A stretch of 63,988 nucleotides of DNA, filler included, from an uncultured Methanoregulaceae archaeon (GTDB taxonomy: Archaea > Halobacteriota > Methanomicrobia > Methanomicrobiales > Methanospirillaceae): assembly GCA_964530035.1 (NCBI GenBank). It is 9 parts of 9 records of this genome, joined end to end, with 100 filler letters (N's around TTAATTAATTAA, not from the genome) between each part and the next. Parts side by side here need not be neighbours in the genome. Positions count along the whole stretch, not along the records: positions 7,969 to 15,736 come from CAZGXZ010000123.1; positions 15,837 to 23,549 come from CAZGXZ010000124.1; 7 more parts are not named here. One strand, 5' to 3'. Under the pieces are notes generated by a model. That model saw only the letters and a list, made by a program, of their open reading frames with translations. It made no database searches and was not told the DNA's origin. Shown here piece by piece: positions 10,691-20,700 of this stretch (positions are counted from its first letter, which is position 1; the number at the start of each line of letters is the position of its first letter). Position numbers and translations under genes: made by a program.

Positions 10691-11695
10691 TCATTCCGGT
10701 TCCTTCTTCCACCCGGACCGTTCCTGGCATTCCAATGTCCAGTCAATGATATCGGTATTCACCCCGAGAAAGTGCTCGGTTGGATAGATTGAAAGGTCCT
10801 CTACCCGTGAAAAAAGGGGGTACAGTATTTTTGGAAGTGAATTGGGCGCCCCGTAAAAGAAGGCGTGATGTCCGGCGAGGTACGATGTCGAAAGGGTGCT
10901 GTCGCCCGAGTACCTGACCAGGAACTGCCGTACGAGTTCCCTTTCACCGGGGTCCACCAGGGGGTTTTCCCGGGAGAGCAGCGGATGTTCCCGCTCAACG
11001 CATATGAACCCGATCCTGGTCCAGTCCACGTCACAGAGGGATTGATAGATATCCTTTTCTTCGTACCTCCAGTCATAGTCAGGGAACTGGTGTTCCTCGA
11101 TGGAGAGGACCTGTCTGCATTCACCCTGCCGGAGGAGCTCCAGTTTTTCAAAGGCACTGTCATGGATTACAATCGAGGCGAGGTACACCTTCCGGTACCT
11201 GTTGAGCACCCGGATATCCTCGATGCTCCGGGCTACGAACTGAAAGATAAACTGTGACCCTGTACCGGTATAGTCATCGAGGAGTACCAGTGCCCGGTCG
11301 CAGAACCTGCCGGTAGATTCTGTTGATTCTGCGATCAGCCGGTCAAAATTCTTAAAGTCAACCGAGGGGATGGCATTCGCCTTCCGGTAGATATACGAGA
11401 TGATGTCCCCGCTCTTGCAGGTAAACTCCCTGCTGAAATCTACATCTGAAAAGGTGCAACTGTCAAAACCATCAGATTCCAGTTGTTTCCTAATCTGTGC
11501 ATGGAGTTCCCGGGACTCCCGGATAAGGCGGGAATAGGAATGGAAGGTAATCTTCTCGAGGAGGGTAAGGGCGGCAGCGATGTCTTCCTCTGGAAACCGG
11601 CTGACCCAGCGTTCAATCCGTTCCCTTGGAATTACCGGCTCGCTGAACCGCTCAAACAGGACGGTGATCCGTTCACGGGCCTCCCTGGGTTTCAT
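10691..11695 (-). CDS. Phosphoribosyltransferase-fold protein (PRTase-CE-like)
   Basis: LVLLDDYTGTGSQ PRPP-loop, KSG motif, C-terminal FYGAPNSLP..PLF.R. Confidence 0.7.
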   Translation of the reverse strand: MKPREARERITVLFERFSEPVIPRERIERWVSRFPEEDIAAALTLLEKITFHSYSRLIRESRELHAQIRKQLESDGFDSCTFSDVDFSREFTCKSGDIISYIYRKANAIPSVDFKNFDRLIAESTESTGRFCDRALVLLDDYTGTGSQFIFQFVARSIEDIRVLNRYRKVYLASIVIHDSAFEKLELLRQGECRQVLSIEEHQFPDYDWRYEEKDIYQSLCDVDWTRIGFICVEREHPLLSRENPLVDPGERELVRQFLVRYSGDSTLSTSYLAGHHAFFYGAPNSLPKILYPLFSRVEDLSIYPTEHFLGVNTDIIDWTLECQERSGWKKEPE

Positions 11696-11856
11696 GGATG
11701 AAGTGATCTTGTCAAATGATCTTATAATCGTGATCCAGGGTCAGGAAATTCTTTTCAGGACAAAAAGGGTCAGCTGCCGTGTTCCGGATAGCGCCCGCCG
11801 GGGAGGTTTAACCCGGGGACTTCGTTGTGGTCCGGAAAATGAAAAAAGGACGGCGA

Positions 11857-12291
11857 TTATTGTTCAAGGTGGACGGTACGTGATCCGACGGCCAGGAGCT
11901 GGTTCCCGTCACGGACGACCTTCAGGTTGAGAGTATAGTTCCCGGGGTCGATACCCGAGCACTTCGAACAGGAAGGGAGCTGGTACTCGGTGGTTATGGT
12001 CGTCATCCCGGGTTTCAGCTCGACAGGAATGTCCCTTATGAGGTGGGTATCTCCGTGCCGGTCTATGATCCCCCAGATATGGACCGTGGCATTCTGGACC
12101 GGTGAACCGGATGAAATGCTCACCTGGAGCTGCATCATTTCCTTCGAGTGGTAGAGATTTTTATCGGTCTGAAACGACGCGACCGCCACCGGGCCCTCGG
12201 AAACGGGCGAAGTACCCCGGACCAGGAAGAGTACTCCGGCGATAACCGCAAGGGCAATGATTACGGCAGCTACAAGGGCTTCCTTGCGCAT
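11857..12291 (-). CDS. Exported/membrane-anchored Ig-like hypothetical protein
   Basis: N-terminal hydrophobic anchor, FQTDKNLYH, PSCSKCSG..PGNYTL beta-rich. Confidence 0.7.
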   Translation of the reverse strand: MRKEALVAAVIIALAVIAGVLFLVRGTSPVSEGPVAVASFQTDKNLYHSKEMMQLQVSISSGSPVQNATVHIWGIIDRHGDTHLIRDIPVELKPGMTTITTEYQLPSCSKCSGIDPGNYTLNLKVVRDGNQLLAVGSRTVHLEQ

Positions 12292-12524
12292 GCCTAGATC
12301 GTTATCGCGGGAAGGGTATGAAGCCATCCCTCTTTGCATATCCTGCCGGCAACACCTCACCGTCCCTGGACCCGGAACAGGTCCATGTTCACCTGCTCAC
12401 CACTTTTTTCCACCAGGAGATCCTGGATCTTTGTCCCTTGAACCCGGAGCGGTTGTTCCTGCAAGGCGGAACATCCGGATATGAAAAGGAATACCTATAT
12501 CCGGCCGGTACAGGCACTTTTATG

Positions 12525-12541
12525 GTTAGGTAAAGCCTAAC
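12525..12541. promoter_or_regulatory. Putative MarR operator palindrome
   Basis: GTTAGG-TAAAG-CCTAAC between TTTTAT box and marR ATG. Confidence 0.6.
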
Positions 12542-12558
12542 TAACAGAAAGGAAGTAT

Positions 12559-12978
12559 ATGGAAGACCTCGAGGAGGAGTTGTTCCAGGCATTGAACGGT
12601 CTCATGCGGGTAAAGAACGAATGTTCATGTTCGATCCTCTCCGAGTGCGGATTAACCGGCCTGACCGTCAGGCAGATCGCATACCTGAGGACCATCAGCG
12701 GGCAGGAAGAGGTCACGTTCAGCCAGCTTGCGGAGATAACCAAGAACTCGAAACCAACCATTACCGAGATGGTCAACCGGTTCGAGCAGATGGAATGCGT
12801 CTCCCGGGAACGATCTCCCGATGACCGCAGGGTGCTTTTTATCCGTCTGACCGAGAAAGGGCGGAGGATTGCACATGCCGATCAGGCGGCCCTCCACCTG
12901 ATCGTCCGGAGAATGATGGATTCGCTGGACGGAAACGAACAGGAACTCCTGATCAGGCTCCTCCGGAAGGTCGGATAA
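12559..12978 (+). CDS. MarR family transcriptional regulator
   Basis: LTVRQIAYL, SQLAE..SKPTITEMVNR, DRRVLFIRLTEKG. Confidence 0.92.
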   Translation: MEDLEEELFQALNGLMRVKNECSCSILSECGLTGLTVRQIAYLRTISGQEEVTFSQLAEITKNSKPTITEMVNRFEQMECVSRERSPDDRRVLFIRLTEKGRRIAHADQAALHLIVRRMMDSLDGNEQELLIRLLRKVG

Positions 12979-13026
12979 ATCAAGCCGGGCCTCAGGTCCT
13001 GTATAATCAATCGAAATCTTGAGGAA

Positions 13027-15411
13027 ATGATGCAATCAAAACCAACAGAAAGCGAAGGGACGCTGGTCATACCCCTCTTCGACATCGTCTTATATCCCGA
13101 CAGCCGGACACGGTTCCAGGTCGACAGTTCAACGGCGGGACCGTTGGTTTCCATGATGGAGGAAACGGGGGAGGCATATGCCCTGGGCCTGACCGTCAGG
13201 GACGGGACGCGGCCGTCGGGAGAAAACCCGGAGTCATGGTACCGGACCGGGACCCTGCTCCACATTGAAAAAATCCAGCACTCTGAAGACAGTTACCAGG
13301 TCCTGGTTAATGTCCTCAAACGGGTTTCAGCGGTCTCATTCAGAGAACGGGACGGACACCTGTTTGTGACATGGATTGCCCGGGAATCCCTTGATGACCT
13401 CGAGGACGAGCTCCGTGACAGGATCCTTGCCGATATCAGGACAACCGTCCAGGAGATCAGCAGCAGGTTCCCCGGGTCGGAACAGTTTGTCCAGCCACTC
13501 AGGGAAATGACCTCAGCCGACCAGGTCATGGGCTACGTCATGCCGTTCCTCCCGGTGACCCTTGCGGAGAAACAGGCACTTCTTGAAACCGATTCCATAT
13601 GTGAGCGCAACATAGCCTTCCTCGACCTTCTTGTCAGGGTGAGAGACGAGATTGCCATCAGGATCGAGATGGCCCGGAAGGTCTCTGACAAGGTGAACAA
13701 GTCAAACCGCGAGGCAATGCTCAGGGAGCAGCTGAGGGTTATCCAGGAAGAGCTGAACGAGAGCGAAGGACAGCAGCCTGATGGCGGGTACCGGGAGCGG
13801 ATTGCCGGGTCGAAGATGCCCGATGAGGTCCGGAAGAAGGCGCTTGCCGAGGTGAAGAAGCTTGAAACCGGTGGGAGCCACAACCATGAGAGTTCCATTC
13901 TTCGCAACTACCTCGACCTCCTCCTTGAGCTCCCCTGGGTCACTGATGAGAAGAAACAGATCGATATCGGGCAGGCACGGTTGGTCCTTGAAAAACATCA
14001 CAACGGTCTTGAAAAGGTCAAAGAGCGGATTATTCAGCACCTTGCCGTCATGAAACTCAAGCAGGAGAAACAGGGCTCAATCCTGCTCCTTACCGGTCCT
14101 CCCGGAACAGGAAAGACGAGTCTTGGAAAAAGCATTGCTGAAGCCCTCGGCCGTGAATATGTCCGGGTAAGCCTCGGGGGCGTCAGGGACGAGGCCGAAA
14201 TCAGGGGTCACCGGAGGACGTATGTCGGTGCCCTTCCCGGGCGGATCATCCAGGGCATCCTTCGGGCCGGGACGAAGAACCCGGTGTTCATCCTGGACGA
14301 GATTGACAAGATGGCGGTGTCCTATGCCGGTGACCCGGCGAGCGCCCTCCTCGAGGTCCTGGACCCCGAACAGAACAGTACCTTCTCGGACCATTATCTT
14401 GAAGTCCCGTACGACCTCTCCGATGTCCTGTTCATCGCGACCGCGAACTCCCTTGCGACCATTCCCGCACCGCTCCTCGACCGTCTCGAACTGATAGAGA
14501 TACCGGGGTACACCAAGAACGAGAAGTTTGCCATTGCAAAGGACCACCTGTTGCCGGATGTTCTTGCTGACCATGGCCTTGACCCTGGCTGGATGAAGGT
14601 CGAGGACGAGGCAATAAGGACGATAATCGACACCTATACCCGCGAAGCGGGGGTCAGGGGTCTGAAGAAACAGCTCGAAAAGGCTGCCCGGTACGTCTCC
14701 GAGAAGATCGTTTCAGGAGAGGACCAGCAGCCTCTCGAGGTGACCTGTGACAACCTTGTGTCCATTCTCGGCAGGGAGCCCGTGAGAAAGGAGGTTGCCA
14801 GGAAGGAGTCCGTGCCAGGCGTGGTCACCGGCCTTGCCTGGACACCTGTGGGAGGCGAGATCCTCTTTGTCGAATGCTCCTCCATGCCGGGCAAGGGCAA
14901 CCTGACCCTTACCGGACAGGTCGGGGAGGTCATGAAGGAGTCGGCGACCATTTCATTGAGCCTTCTTCGCTCCAGGCTTGCAGGCACCGGGAACGAGTTT
15001 TGTTTCAGCACGACAGACATCCATATTCATGTACCTGCAGGGGCAACCCCGAAGGACGGACCATCAGCAGGCGTGACCCTGTTCACCGCCCTTGCCTCAC
15101 TGGTCACGGGGAGAACCGTTGACCCGCACCTGGCCATGACCGGGGAGCTGACCCTGAGCGGTGCCGTCCTCCCGGTTGGCGGGATCAGGGAAAAGGTCCT
15201 TGCAGCTCACCGGGCCGGGATCAAAACGGTCGTCCTGCCGAAGGAGAACGAACGAGACCTTGAAGAGGTCGCCGGTGAAGTACGCGAGGACCTCTCCTTC
15301 ATCACCGTGGACACCGTTGATGATGTCATCCGGGTGGCGCTTGGGACCGTAATCCCGCCAAAGGTGCTGGTGCAGACCGGTACAGCCGTGGCCCCGGTAC
15401 AGGACCTGTAA
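13027..15411 (+). CDS. lon: ATP-dependent protease La (bacterial-type LonA)
   Basis: LON N-domain, GPPGTGKTS, HRRTYVGALPG, PKDGPSAG catalytic Ser, GGIREK Lys; no TM insert. Confidence 0.95.
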   Translation: MMQSKPTESEGTLVIPLFDIVLYPDSRTRFQVDSSTAGPLVSMMEETGEAYALGLTVRDGTRPSGENPESWYRTGTLLHIEKIQHSEDSYQVLVNVLKRVSAVSFRERDGHLFVTWIARESLDDLEDELRDRILADIRTTVQEISSRFPGSEQFVQPLREMTSADQVMGYVMPFLPVTLAEKQALLETDSICERNIAFLDLLVRVRDEIAIRIEMARKVSDKVNKSNREAMLREQLRVIQEELNESEGQQPDGGYRERIAGSKMPDEVRKKALAEVKKLETGGSHNHESSILRNYLDLLLELPWVTDEKKQIDIGQARLVLEKHHNGLEKVKERIIQHLAVMKLKQEKQGSILLLTGPPGTGKTSLGKSIAEALGREYVRVSLGGVRDEAEIRGHRRTYVGALPGRIIQGILRAGTKNPVFILDEIDKMAVSYAGDPASALLEVLDPEQNSTFSDHYLEVPYDLSDVLFIATANSLATIPAPLLDRLELIEIPGYTKNEKFAIAKDHLLPDVLADHGLDPGWMKVEDEAIRTIIDTYTREAGVRGLKKQLEKAARYVSEKIVSGEDQQPLEVTCDNLVSILGREPVRKEVARKESVPGVVTGLAWTPVGGEILFVECSSMPGKGNLTLTGQVGEVMKESATISLSLLRSRLAGTGNEFCFSTTDIHIHVPAGATPKDGPSAGVTLFTALASLVTGRTVDPHLAMTGELTLSGAVLPVGGIREKVLAAHRAGIKTVVLPKENERDLEEVAGEVREDLSFITVDTVDDVIRVALGTVIPPKVLVQTGTAVAPVQDL

Positions 15412-15578
15412 ACCTTCACCTTTCAAACCATTTCTCCCCCCTGTTTGTACCCGTGAACAGGATGATCACGTATCGAATCCTGCCTGCCGGTACCGTACAA
15501 GTACTTCTGAAAAAGGAGGGGGTCTGCTCGATCCCATAACGGGACCCAGCACAGGTACACCCTTCCGGTGAACGCGTA

Positions 15579-15736
15579 TCAGGCTGGTTTATACTTTTTT
15601 CCGGCGGAAAAAGCCTTGTCGAGCAGCATCCCGACTTCAAAATACGCGTGCTGGGCATACACGATCGGACTGATTTTTTCAACATCGGGCGCCCCGTCAG
15701 TCATACAGGACGGGTCTACATGGATCTCCACGACCT
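15579..15736 (-). CDS. Flavin reductase/flavoredoxin family protein, C-terminal fragment
   Basis: Manual: VVEIHVDPSCMTDGAPDVEKISPIVY...AFSAGKKYKPA*. Confidence 0.65.
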
Positions 15737-15836
15737 NNNNNNNNNNNNNNNNNNNNNNNNNNNNNNNNNNNNNNNNNNNNTTAATTAATTAANNNNNNNN
15801 NNNNNNNNNNNNNNNNNNNNNNNNNNNNNNNNNNNN
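15737..15836. other. Artificial contig-join spacer
   Basis: N-run with TTAATTAATTAA. Confidence 0.98.
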
Positions 15837-15889
15837 ATCGCCCCTCCTGGCCCGCTCCCTATGATGAGGACATCATACTTTTCCTTCAT
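15837..15889 (-). CDS. FAD-dependent oxidoreductase (probably geranylgeranyl reductase), N-terminal fragment
   Basis: MKEKYDVLIIGSGPGGA Rossmann start, coupled to a ferredoxin as is typical of archaeal GGR. Confidence 0.6.
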
Positions 15890-16055
15890 CCTGCACCTCC
15901 AGTGCACCCAGCGGACATGCACGCGTGCATATGCCGCATCCGGTGCAGGCGCTGCTCACCTCGAGATAGGCATCCAGGAGCTCCAGGGCACCTGCCGGGC
16001 AGACTGATACACAGCAACCGCAATAACCGCAGATATTCCGGTGGACCTTCAACAT
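15873..16055 (-). CDS. 2[4Fe-4S] ferredoxin
   Basis: CGYCGCCVSVCP and CTGCGICTRACP. Confidence 0.9.
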   Translation of the reverse strand: MLKVHRNICGYCGCCVSVCPAGALELLDAYLEVSSACTGCGICTRACPLGALEVQDEGKV

Positions 16056-16162
16056 CGGGTAATATGGTTATCATGGAATGGGCATAACCTTTCTCGTGAA
16101 GGTCCGGGCCTATGGTATGCCGGAGACTCCCGCCCCCCTGAACCACCTGACGAAAGAGCGGT

Positions 16163-17296
16163 TCAGCCTGTGCCGGGTATTGAAAAAAAGCCATATCTGC
16201 CGCCTCCGCCAGGGTGGAGGACGACCCGGTTGTTTCTGAGTGCATCTATGGCATGTGCAACCCGTTTGTCCACTTCTGCAAGATCCTGGACCGGGATTTC
16301 CGTGAGGACCATGATCTCGTTCCCCCATGTTTTGATAAAGCGATGATACAGGGTGCAGCATTTCCTGGTCCGTGGAGAAGATGTACCCTCAACTTTCTGG
16401 ATGATCTCTCCAAGGGGAATGATATGGAGGTAGGGAGGGCGTTTTGTCGTACCTGGCCCGGAGAGCTCGGCAGCCCTGTCCCGGACGCCTTTTTTTATAA
16501 TGCCCCTGTCAGCCGGGCACCTCCATCCACGTGACTCTGCCTCCTCCCGTGAATACTGAACGAAACACCTGCTGCAGGCGGTCCTGTTGTACTTCCCCTC
16601 CTCAGGGAAAAACCCGGCGTTGAGCATGATCGAGCCGGTTTTTATGGAATTGAGGACACCTTCCGGAGTCGCATCTCCTGCCTCCAGGGAAAAGAACTCC
16701 CTTCCAATCTTTGCAGGGTCAGGGCTGTGTGCATCCGAGTTTGTCAGGAAGGGAACTCCCGCCAGTTCAGGGATCGATGCTCCGTAGGAGCTGTCAGCCG
16801 ACAGTCCGAGTTCCAGGAAGTCGGGATCTTCGTCGCCGTATGCGTCCCGGATGGATGAAAAACGGCCATAGAGTGAGGTCCAGGGGGTGAAAGCATGGGC
16901 CGGGCCGATCTGCCCGCCGCAGGCATGGACCGCTTCCGCAATCTCCCGGGCGGGCATCCTGACATGGGGTCTGCCGGTGGTCTCCATGTCCCTGCTTGAA
17001 CCTCGGAGCACCCCAGATAGTTTTTCCGAAGATTCAAAGTCAGGGAGGAGGATAAGGTGGTGGACCCGGTTCGCGTCCTCCACCTCAGTCGTAGGAACGA
17101 TCACGATATCCTCGGTCTTCCCGATGAATGGCCCCCACAGCTTCCTCCAACCCGGGTGAAGGGCGTCGCCGGTACCGACACAGGTAATCCCCTTCGTCCT
17201 GCAGGCATCCAGGATGCCCCCGGGAACCATCGCCTTCGAAGACGCCATGGAATAGCATGAATGGAGGTGGAGGTCGACGGTCAGGGTACGAAGCAT
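16163..17296 (-). CDS. Endonuclease Q (PHP domain)
   Basis: DLHLHS.YS, GTGD, PAHAFTPW, ELGLSAD, NSDAHS, GKYNRTACSRC, GGGGRYG. Confidence 0.9.
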   Translation of the reverse strand: MLRTLTVDLHLHSCYSMASSKAMVPGGILDACRTKGITCVGTGDALHPGWRKLWGPFIGKTEDIVIVPTTEVEDANRVHHLILLPDFESSEKLSGVLRGSSRDMETTGRPHVRMPAREIAEAVHACGGQIGPAHAFTPWTSLYGRFSSIRDAYGDEDPDFLELGLSADSSYGASIPELAGVPFLTNSDAHSPDPAKIGREFFSLEAGDATPEGVLNSIKTGSIMLNAGFFPEEGKYNRTACSRCFVQYSREEAESRGWRCPADRGIIKKGVRDRAAELSGPGTTKRPPYLHIIPLGEIIQKVEGTSSPRTRKCCTLYHRFIKTWGNEIMVLTEIPVQDLAEVDKRVAHAIDALRNNRVVLHPGGGGRYGFFSIPGTG

Positions 17297-17460
17297 ATGG
17301 TACAGGAAAGATAGGGGCCGTACCCATAAAGCCCCTCCGAGTTCCAAGGTCCGGGAGGAGTCAGAAAAAAAGCGTCATTCATGGTGAACCGCGTGGTTTG
17401 TGACCGGGTCCAGTCCGGGACAGCATGCCTGACAACAGGCCGTCCCCAGGCATACGGCGT

Positions 17461-17619
17461 TCAGGACGAGGAACAGGTCCTGCGGCGGTACGGTGCATAG
17501 CGGTCTTCAGGAGAAAACCGGGCGGGGTGGGGGGTAACCGTTGCGCCCCTGCATACCGGACAGGTATCGGAGAGAGTATATGTCCCGTCGGATCTGCAGA
17601 CCCGTATACGGCCCTTCAT
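17461..17619 (-). CDS. nop10: H/ACA RNP protein Nop10 (not in ORF track)
   Basis: Manual: MKGRIRVCRSDGTYTLSDTCPVCRGATVTPHPARFSPEDRYAPYRRR; ATGA overlap with aIF2a. Confidence 0.92.
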   Translation of the reverse strand: MKGRIRVCRSDGTYTLSDTCPVCRGATVTPHPARFSPEDRYAPYRRRTCSSS

Positions 17620-18416
17620 GCGGCTTTTCCTGTTTTTCCTTTCTTGATGAGCTTGGCCTCGCCATCTGCACGCTCAATGACGCCAATGGCAGCATTGGCC
17701 GCTTTTTCGAGGACCTTTTCTGCGACCTTGTAATCAGTTGCCGTAACTTTGATACGGTAATTCGGTGCCCCCAGGTAGGTCAGTTCGATTTCAGCCCCTT
17801 CAGTTTTCGGGTCAGCACTCCGGAGAGCTCTCCTGATGATGTTGACACCGTCGGGCTTGTTTGACTGCATGACGATGGTCCCTGTCACGGTCACCTTCGG
17901 GATCTTTACGTTGTCCCGTGCTATCGTTACCAGGGCCTCCATCACCGCCTTTGAAAGACCAAGTTTTTTGAGGTTCGTGTCACCATTGAGGACGATGTCC
18001 TCGAAAGAGGTATAGAGGTCGCCATACTCCCTGGTGAGGGCGGAGGTGATCGCCTCTTTTGGTTCTCCGGATACCTCCGAGGCAAACCCTATCCATTTCA
18101 GGGCTTTGGAGTTGTTTTTCCACTCCCGTATCTTTTCCCTGCGCTGGTGTTCGTTGACGTCTTTTAGGGAGAGGTCAATGTGACCCCGGTTGCGGTCAAC
18201 ATGGAGGACCTTGCAGACGACCTTCTGGCCTTCGCGGATGTGGTCCCTGATATATTTTATCCACCCGGTGGCTACCTCGGAGATCGGGATCAGTCCCTCC
18301 CTGCCTTCGTACTCGTCGAGGGATACAAAAGCGACAAAGTCCTTGATCGTCTGCACCGTGCAGACGACCAGTTCACTGGTATGGGGCCAGTTATCGTCCT
18401 GCATGATCCTTTTCAC
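17616..18416 (-). CDS. eif2a: Translation initiation factor aIF-2 alpha
   Basis: S1 domain EGLIPISEVATGWIK, GHIDLSLK, YLGAPNYRI. Confidence 0.95.
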   Translation of the reverse strand: MKRIMQDDNWPHTSELVVCTVQTIKDFVAFVSLDEYEGREGLIPISEVATGWIKYIRDHIREGQKVVCKVLHVDRNRGHIDLSLKDVNEHQRREKIREWKNNSKALKWIGFASEVSGEPKEAITSALTREYGDLYTSFEDIVLNGDTNLKKLGLSKAVMEALVTIARDNVKIPKVTVTGTIVMQSNKPDGVNIIRRALRSADPKTEGAEIELTYLGAPNYRIKVTATDYKVAEKVLEKAANAAIGVIERADGEAKLIKKGKTGKAA

Positions 18417-18601
18417 TCGAAGGATCCGAGGATGTCAGCCTTGATAAGGGCTTTCCCTCCAGACGGCTCTGCAAGGACCCTTCCGCAGACGACACAGTCG
18501 ACCACGGAGGATGCCTTTTCAAAGATCATCTGTTCATTCTCACAATCGGGACACTTGACCTTGTGGAACCGGCTCCGGTTCTCGCGATGGGTACGGACCA
18601 T
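18413..18601 (-). CDS. rps27e: 30S ribosomal protein S27e
   Basis: VKCPDCENEQ..F..CVVCG..LAEPSGGKA. Confidence 0.96.
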   Translation of the reverse strand: MVRTHRENRSRFHKVKCPDCENEQMIFEKASSVVDCVVCGRVLAEPSGGKALIKADILGSFE

Positions 18602-18606
18602 GTAGC

Positions 18607-18885
18607 TCACTCCGTCAGCTCAAACTTTGCAATCCGGAAACCTGCTCTCAGGTGTGCCTTTCCGCAGGTGACACAGCGGTACCGGACATTGATCTTCTTG
18701 GTGGGCTTGTCGCCACCAGGGACCTTGGAGAATTTTCCACGGTTTCCGACGGTCCCTCTGCTTGCCTTCTGCCGGTCGATCCAGTGGAGGCCGCTTGTCT
18801 TACCTTTCTTTACTTTCTCGACCTCATGGGTCTGGTGGTTCCTGCAGAACGGGCAGTAACACTTGAACTTTGCTGGCATCTTCAT
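18607..18885 (-). CDS. rpl44e: 50S ribosomal protein L44e
   Basis: YCPFC..H..HEV, KPTKK..RYRC..CGKAH. Confidence 0.96.
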   Translation of the reverse strand: MKMPAKFKCYCPFCRNHQTHEVEKVKKGKTSGLHWIDRQKASRGTVGNRGKFSKVPGGDKPTKKINVRYRCVTCGKAHLRAGFRIAKFELTE

Positions 18886-18922
18886 AATATGGCCCTCATA
18901 AACAGGGTATAGAATCCCACCA

Positions 18923-19555
18923 TTATTTGTTAAGGTTGATATTTAACACTATGTTGCGTTCAACCAGGACATCGGCATTTCTCTCCGGGATGGTGGCGAT
19001 ATCGTCCTCCTGGAGGTGATATATCCTGCCATCAATACCCATAAAAGGATCCATCCCGGCCAGGACCCGGACAGCGCGGTACCTGAACTGCGGCTGGCGG
19101 TTGTCCGGATAGCAGGGGCCCGGTTCAGGACGGGTATCCGCGTCCCTGCTGCCAGGGGTACGGCCGGTACGTGGCGGGCTTTCATTCCCCCCGACGAGGG
19201 TAGAACGGGCATGCCGTATTGACGAGAGGATATCCTCGTACATTTCCTGTTCCGGGGGGAGCATCTTCCTGATCTCATCCCTGTCCGGCGCATCCGCCTC
19301 GATCTGGGTCTCAGCGAGTAGCAGTATCTTCTCGGACCGTATCCTGAAGAGGTCCTCCAGGGTAGCCCGTATACTGGAAACGCGTTCGATGAGGCACCGG
19401 GCATCGTCTGAAAAAGGGTCTTCTGTTGCATACACCTGACCGGTCAGGGACGAGATGACCTTGTGCGTGTTCTCATAGACCTCGGGGGGAAGCGGTACGA
19501 GCCTGCCTGATTCCCGTTCCGAGAGGACTAGTCCCCGAAGCTCTTCCAGTTCCAT
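18923..19555 (-). CDS. GINS complex protein (Gins51/Gins15-like)
   Basis: ERESGRL..LP..Y, C-terminal FMGIDGRIY.L..D...IP..NA..L; canonical position between priS and rpl44e. Confidence 0.8.
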   Translation of the reverse strand: MELEELRGLVLSERESGRLVPLPPEVYENTHKVISSLTGQVYATEDPFSDDARCLIERVSSIRATLEDLFRIRSEKILLLAETQIEADAPDRDEIRKMLPPEQEMYEDILSSIRHARSTLVGGNESPPRTGRTPGSRDADTRPEPGPCYPDNRQPQFRYRAVRVLAGMDPFMGIDGRIYHLQEDDIATIPERNADVLVERNIVLNINLNK

Positions 19556-19566
19556 GCGACCCCCTA

Positions 19567-20700
19567 TTAACCAGCAATTTCCGCCATTCCCCTGCAGCAG
19601 AGGAATACCGCAACTGCCTCAGGTACCGGAACGATTCCTTTCCCGCAGTGGTATTCAGACCCGAGAAGTGATAATGTGACCGGTCGTTGAAGGTCAACGC
19701 GTATCTCCCGTTCGCCAAACACGACCGCATCGACCAGGGGGTCGAACCCTGTCAGTTCCGCAGGGGACAGGGGGGTCACCCGCAGGCCGCTCCCGCCATG
19801 AAGCGAGCTCGGCATCCGGATAAGGCGCTTGGTGTCGGTGGTGACCGGTTCGTCGGCAAGGGCTGCCTTCTCCCGGATCAGCCTGACGAGACCGCTCCCC
19901 GGGTCTTTCAGCAGCGTGCGGAGTACCGTCATTACCTCGCGGTTGGCAGGCTGAATGGCAGGGTTCCCCGGCCCTTGTGTACCCAGGGCTGCGAGTTTCA
20001 TGAAACGCTCAGCGGTAAGTGTCCCGATTCCCTCGTATGCGGCAAGCTCCCTGATCCCTCCACCATCCGGCAGGGAACGCAGGTAGTGCACGTATTCCTC
20101 CACGCTTGCCTGGAAACGGGCTCCCCAGCCCTCTAAAGACGCGGGCCTGCCCGACATGATGCCCGGGTCAAGACCGGTGCCACAGACGTAATCGATAAGC
20201 TCGCGTCGTTCGGCACTTCCATACGAGCGGAAGGCGATGTCCCTCACGTGGACATGGTATCCCCGTCCGCCTGAAAACACGACGTCGATTGCCGAGCGGG
20301 AAATGCCCAGCTCTCCGGTCAGCATTGAGAGGAGTTTCTCGGTTTCCTCCTTGACCCTGCGGAGCATCATTGCGAAATCACCCCGCACGATATGGTCGGC
20401 ATCAAGGTCAAAGATGAGGTCTGCACCGAGCCAGCCCTTGTCCGCCATCGTGGGGCCACCCGGGTTCTGGTAATAGGCGACCGAGTAGTAGATGTGAAAC
20501 GGCACGAGGCCCTTGATGTACGCAAGGAGCTGGGGTGCGTCGGAAAATGCCATGTGGCGACGCATGTGACTCCCCCCGGAGTCCCCGGGGACAATGAACC
20601 CCCACTCCCGCTCAGGCAGGGATGGCGGCATGATAATCCGTGCTCCGCTGTAATACTCCAGGAAGCGTTGACGCAGGAACGTTTGTGTCGCCGGGTTCAT
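19567..20700 (-). CDS. priS: DNA primase catalytic subunit
   Basis: REWGF, DLIFDLDADH, FSGGRGYHVH, DEPVTTDTKRLIRMPSSLHG. Confidence 0.95.
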   Translation of the reverse strand: MNPATQTFLRQRFLEYYSGARIIMPPSLPEREWGFIVPGDSGGSHMRRHMAFSDAPQLLAYIKGLVPFHIYYSVAYYQNPGGPTMADKGWLGADLIFDLDADHIVRGDFAMMLRRVKEETEKLLSMLTGELGISRSAIDVVFSGGRGYHVHVRDIAFRSYGSAERRELIDYVCGTGLDPGIMSGRPASLEGWGARFQASVEEYVHYLRSLPDGGGIRELAAYEGIGTLTAERFMKLAALGTQGPGNPAIQPANREVMTVLRTLLKDPGSGLVRLIREKAALADEPVTTDTKRLIRMPSSLHGGSGLRVTPLSPAELTGFDPLVDAVVFGEREIRVDLQRPVTLSLLGSEYHCGKGIVPVPEAVAVFLCCRGMAEIAG

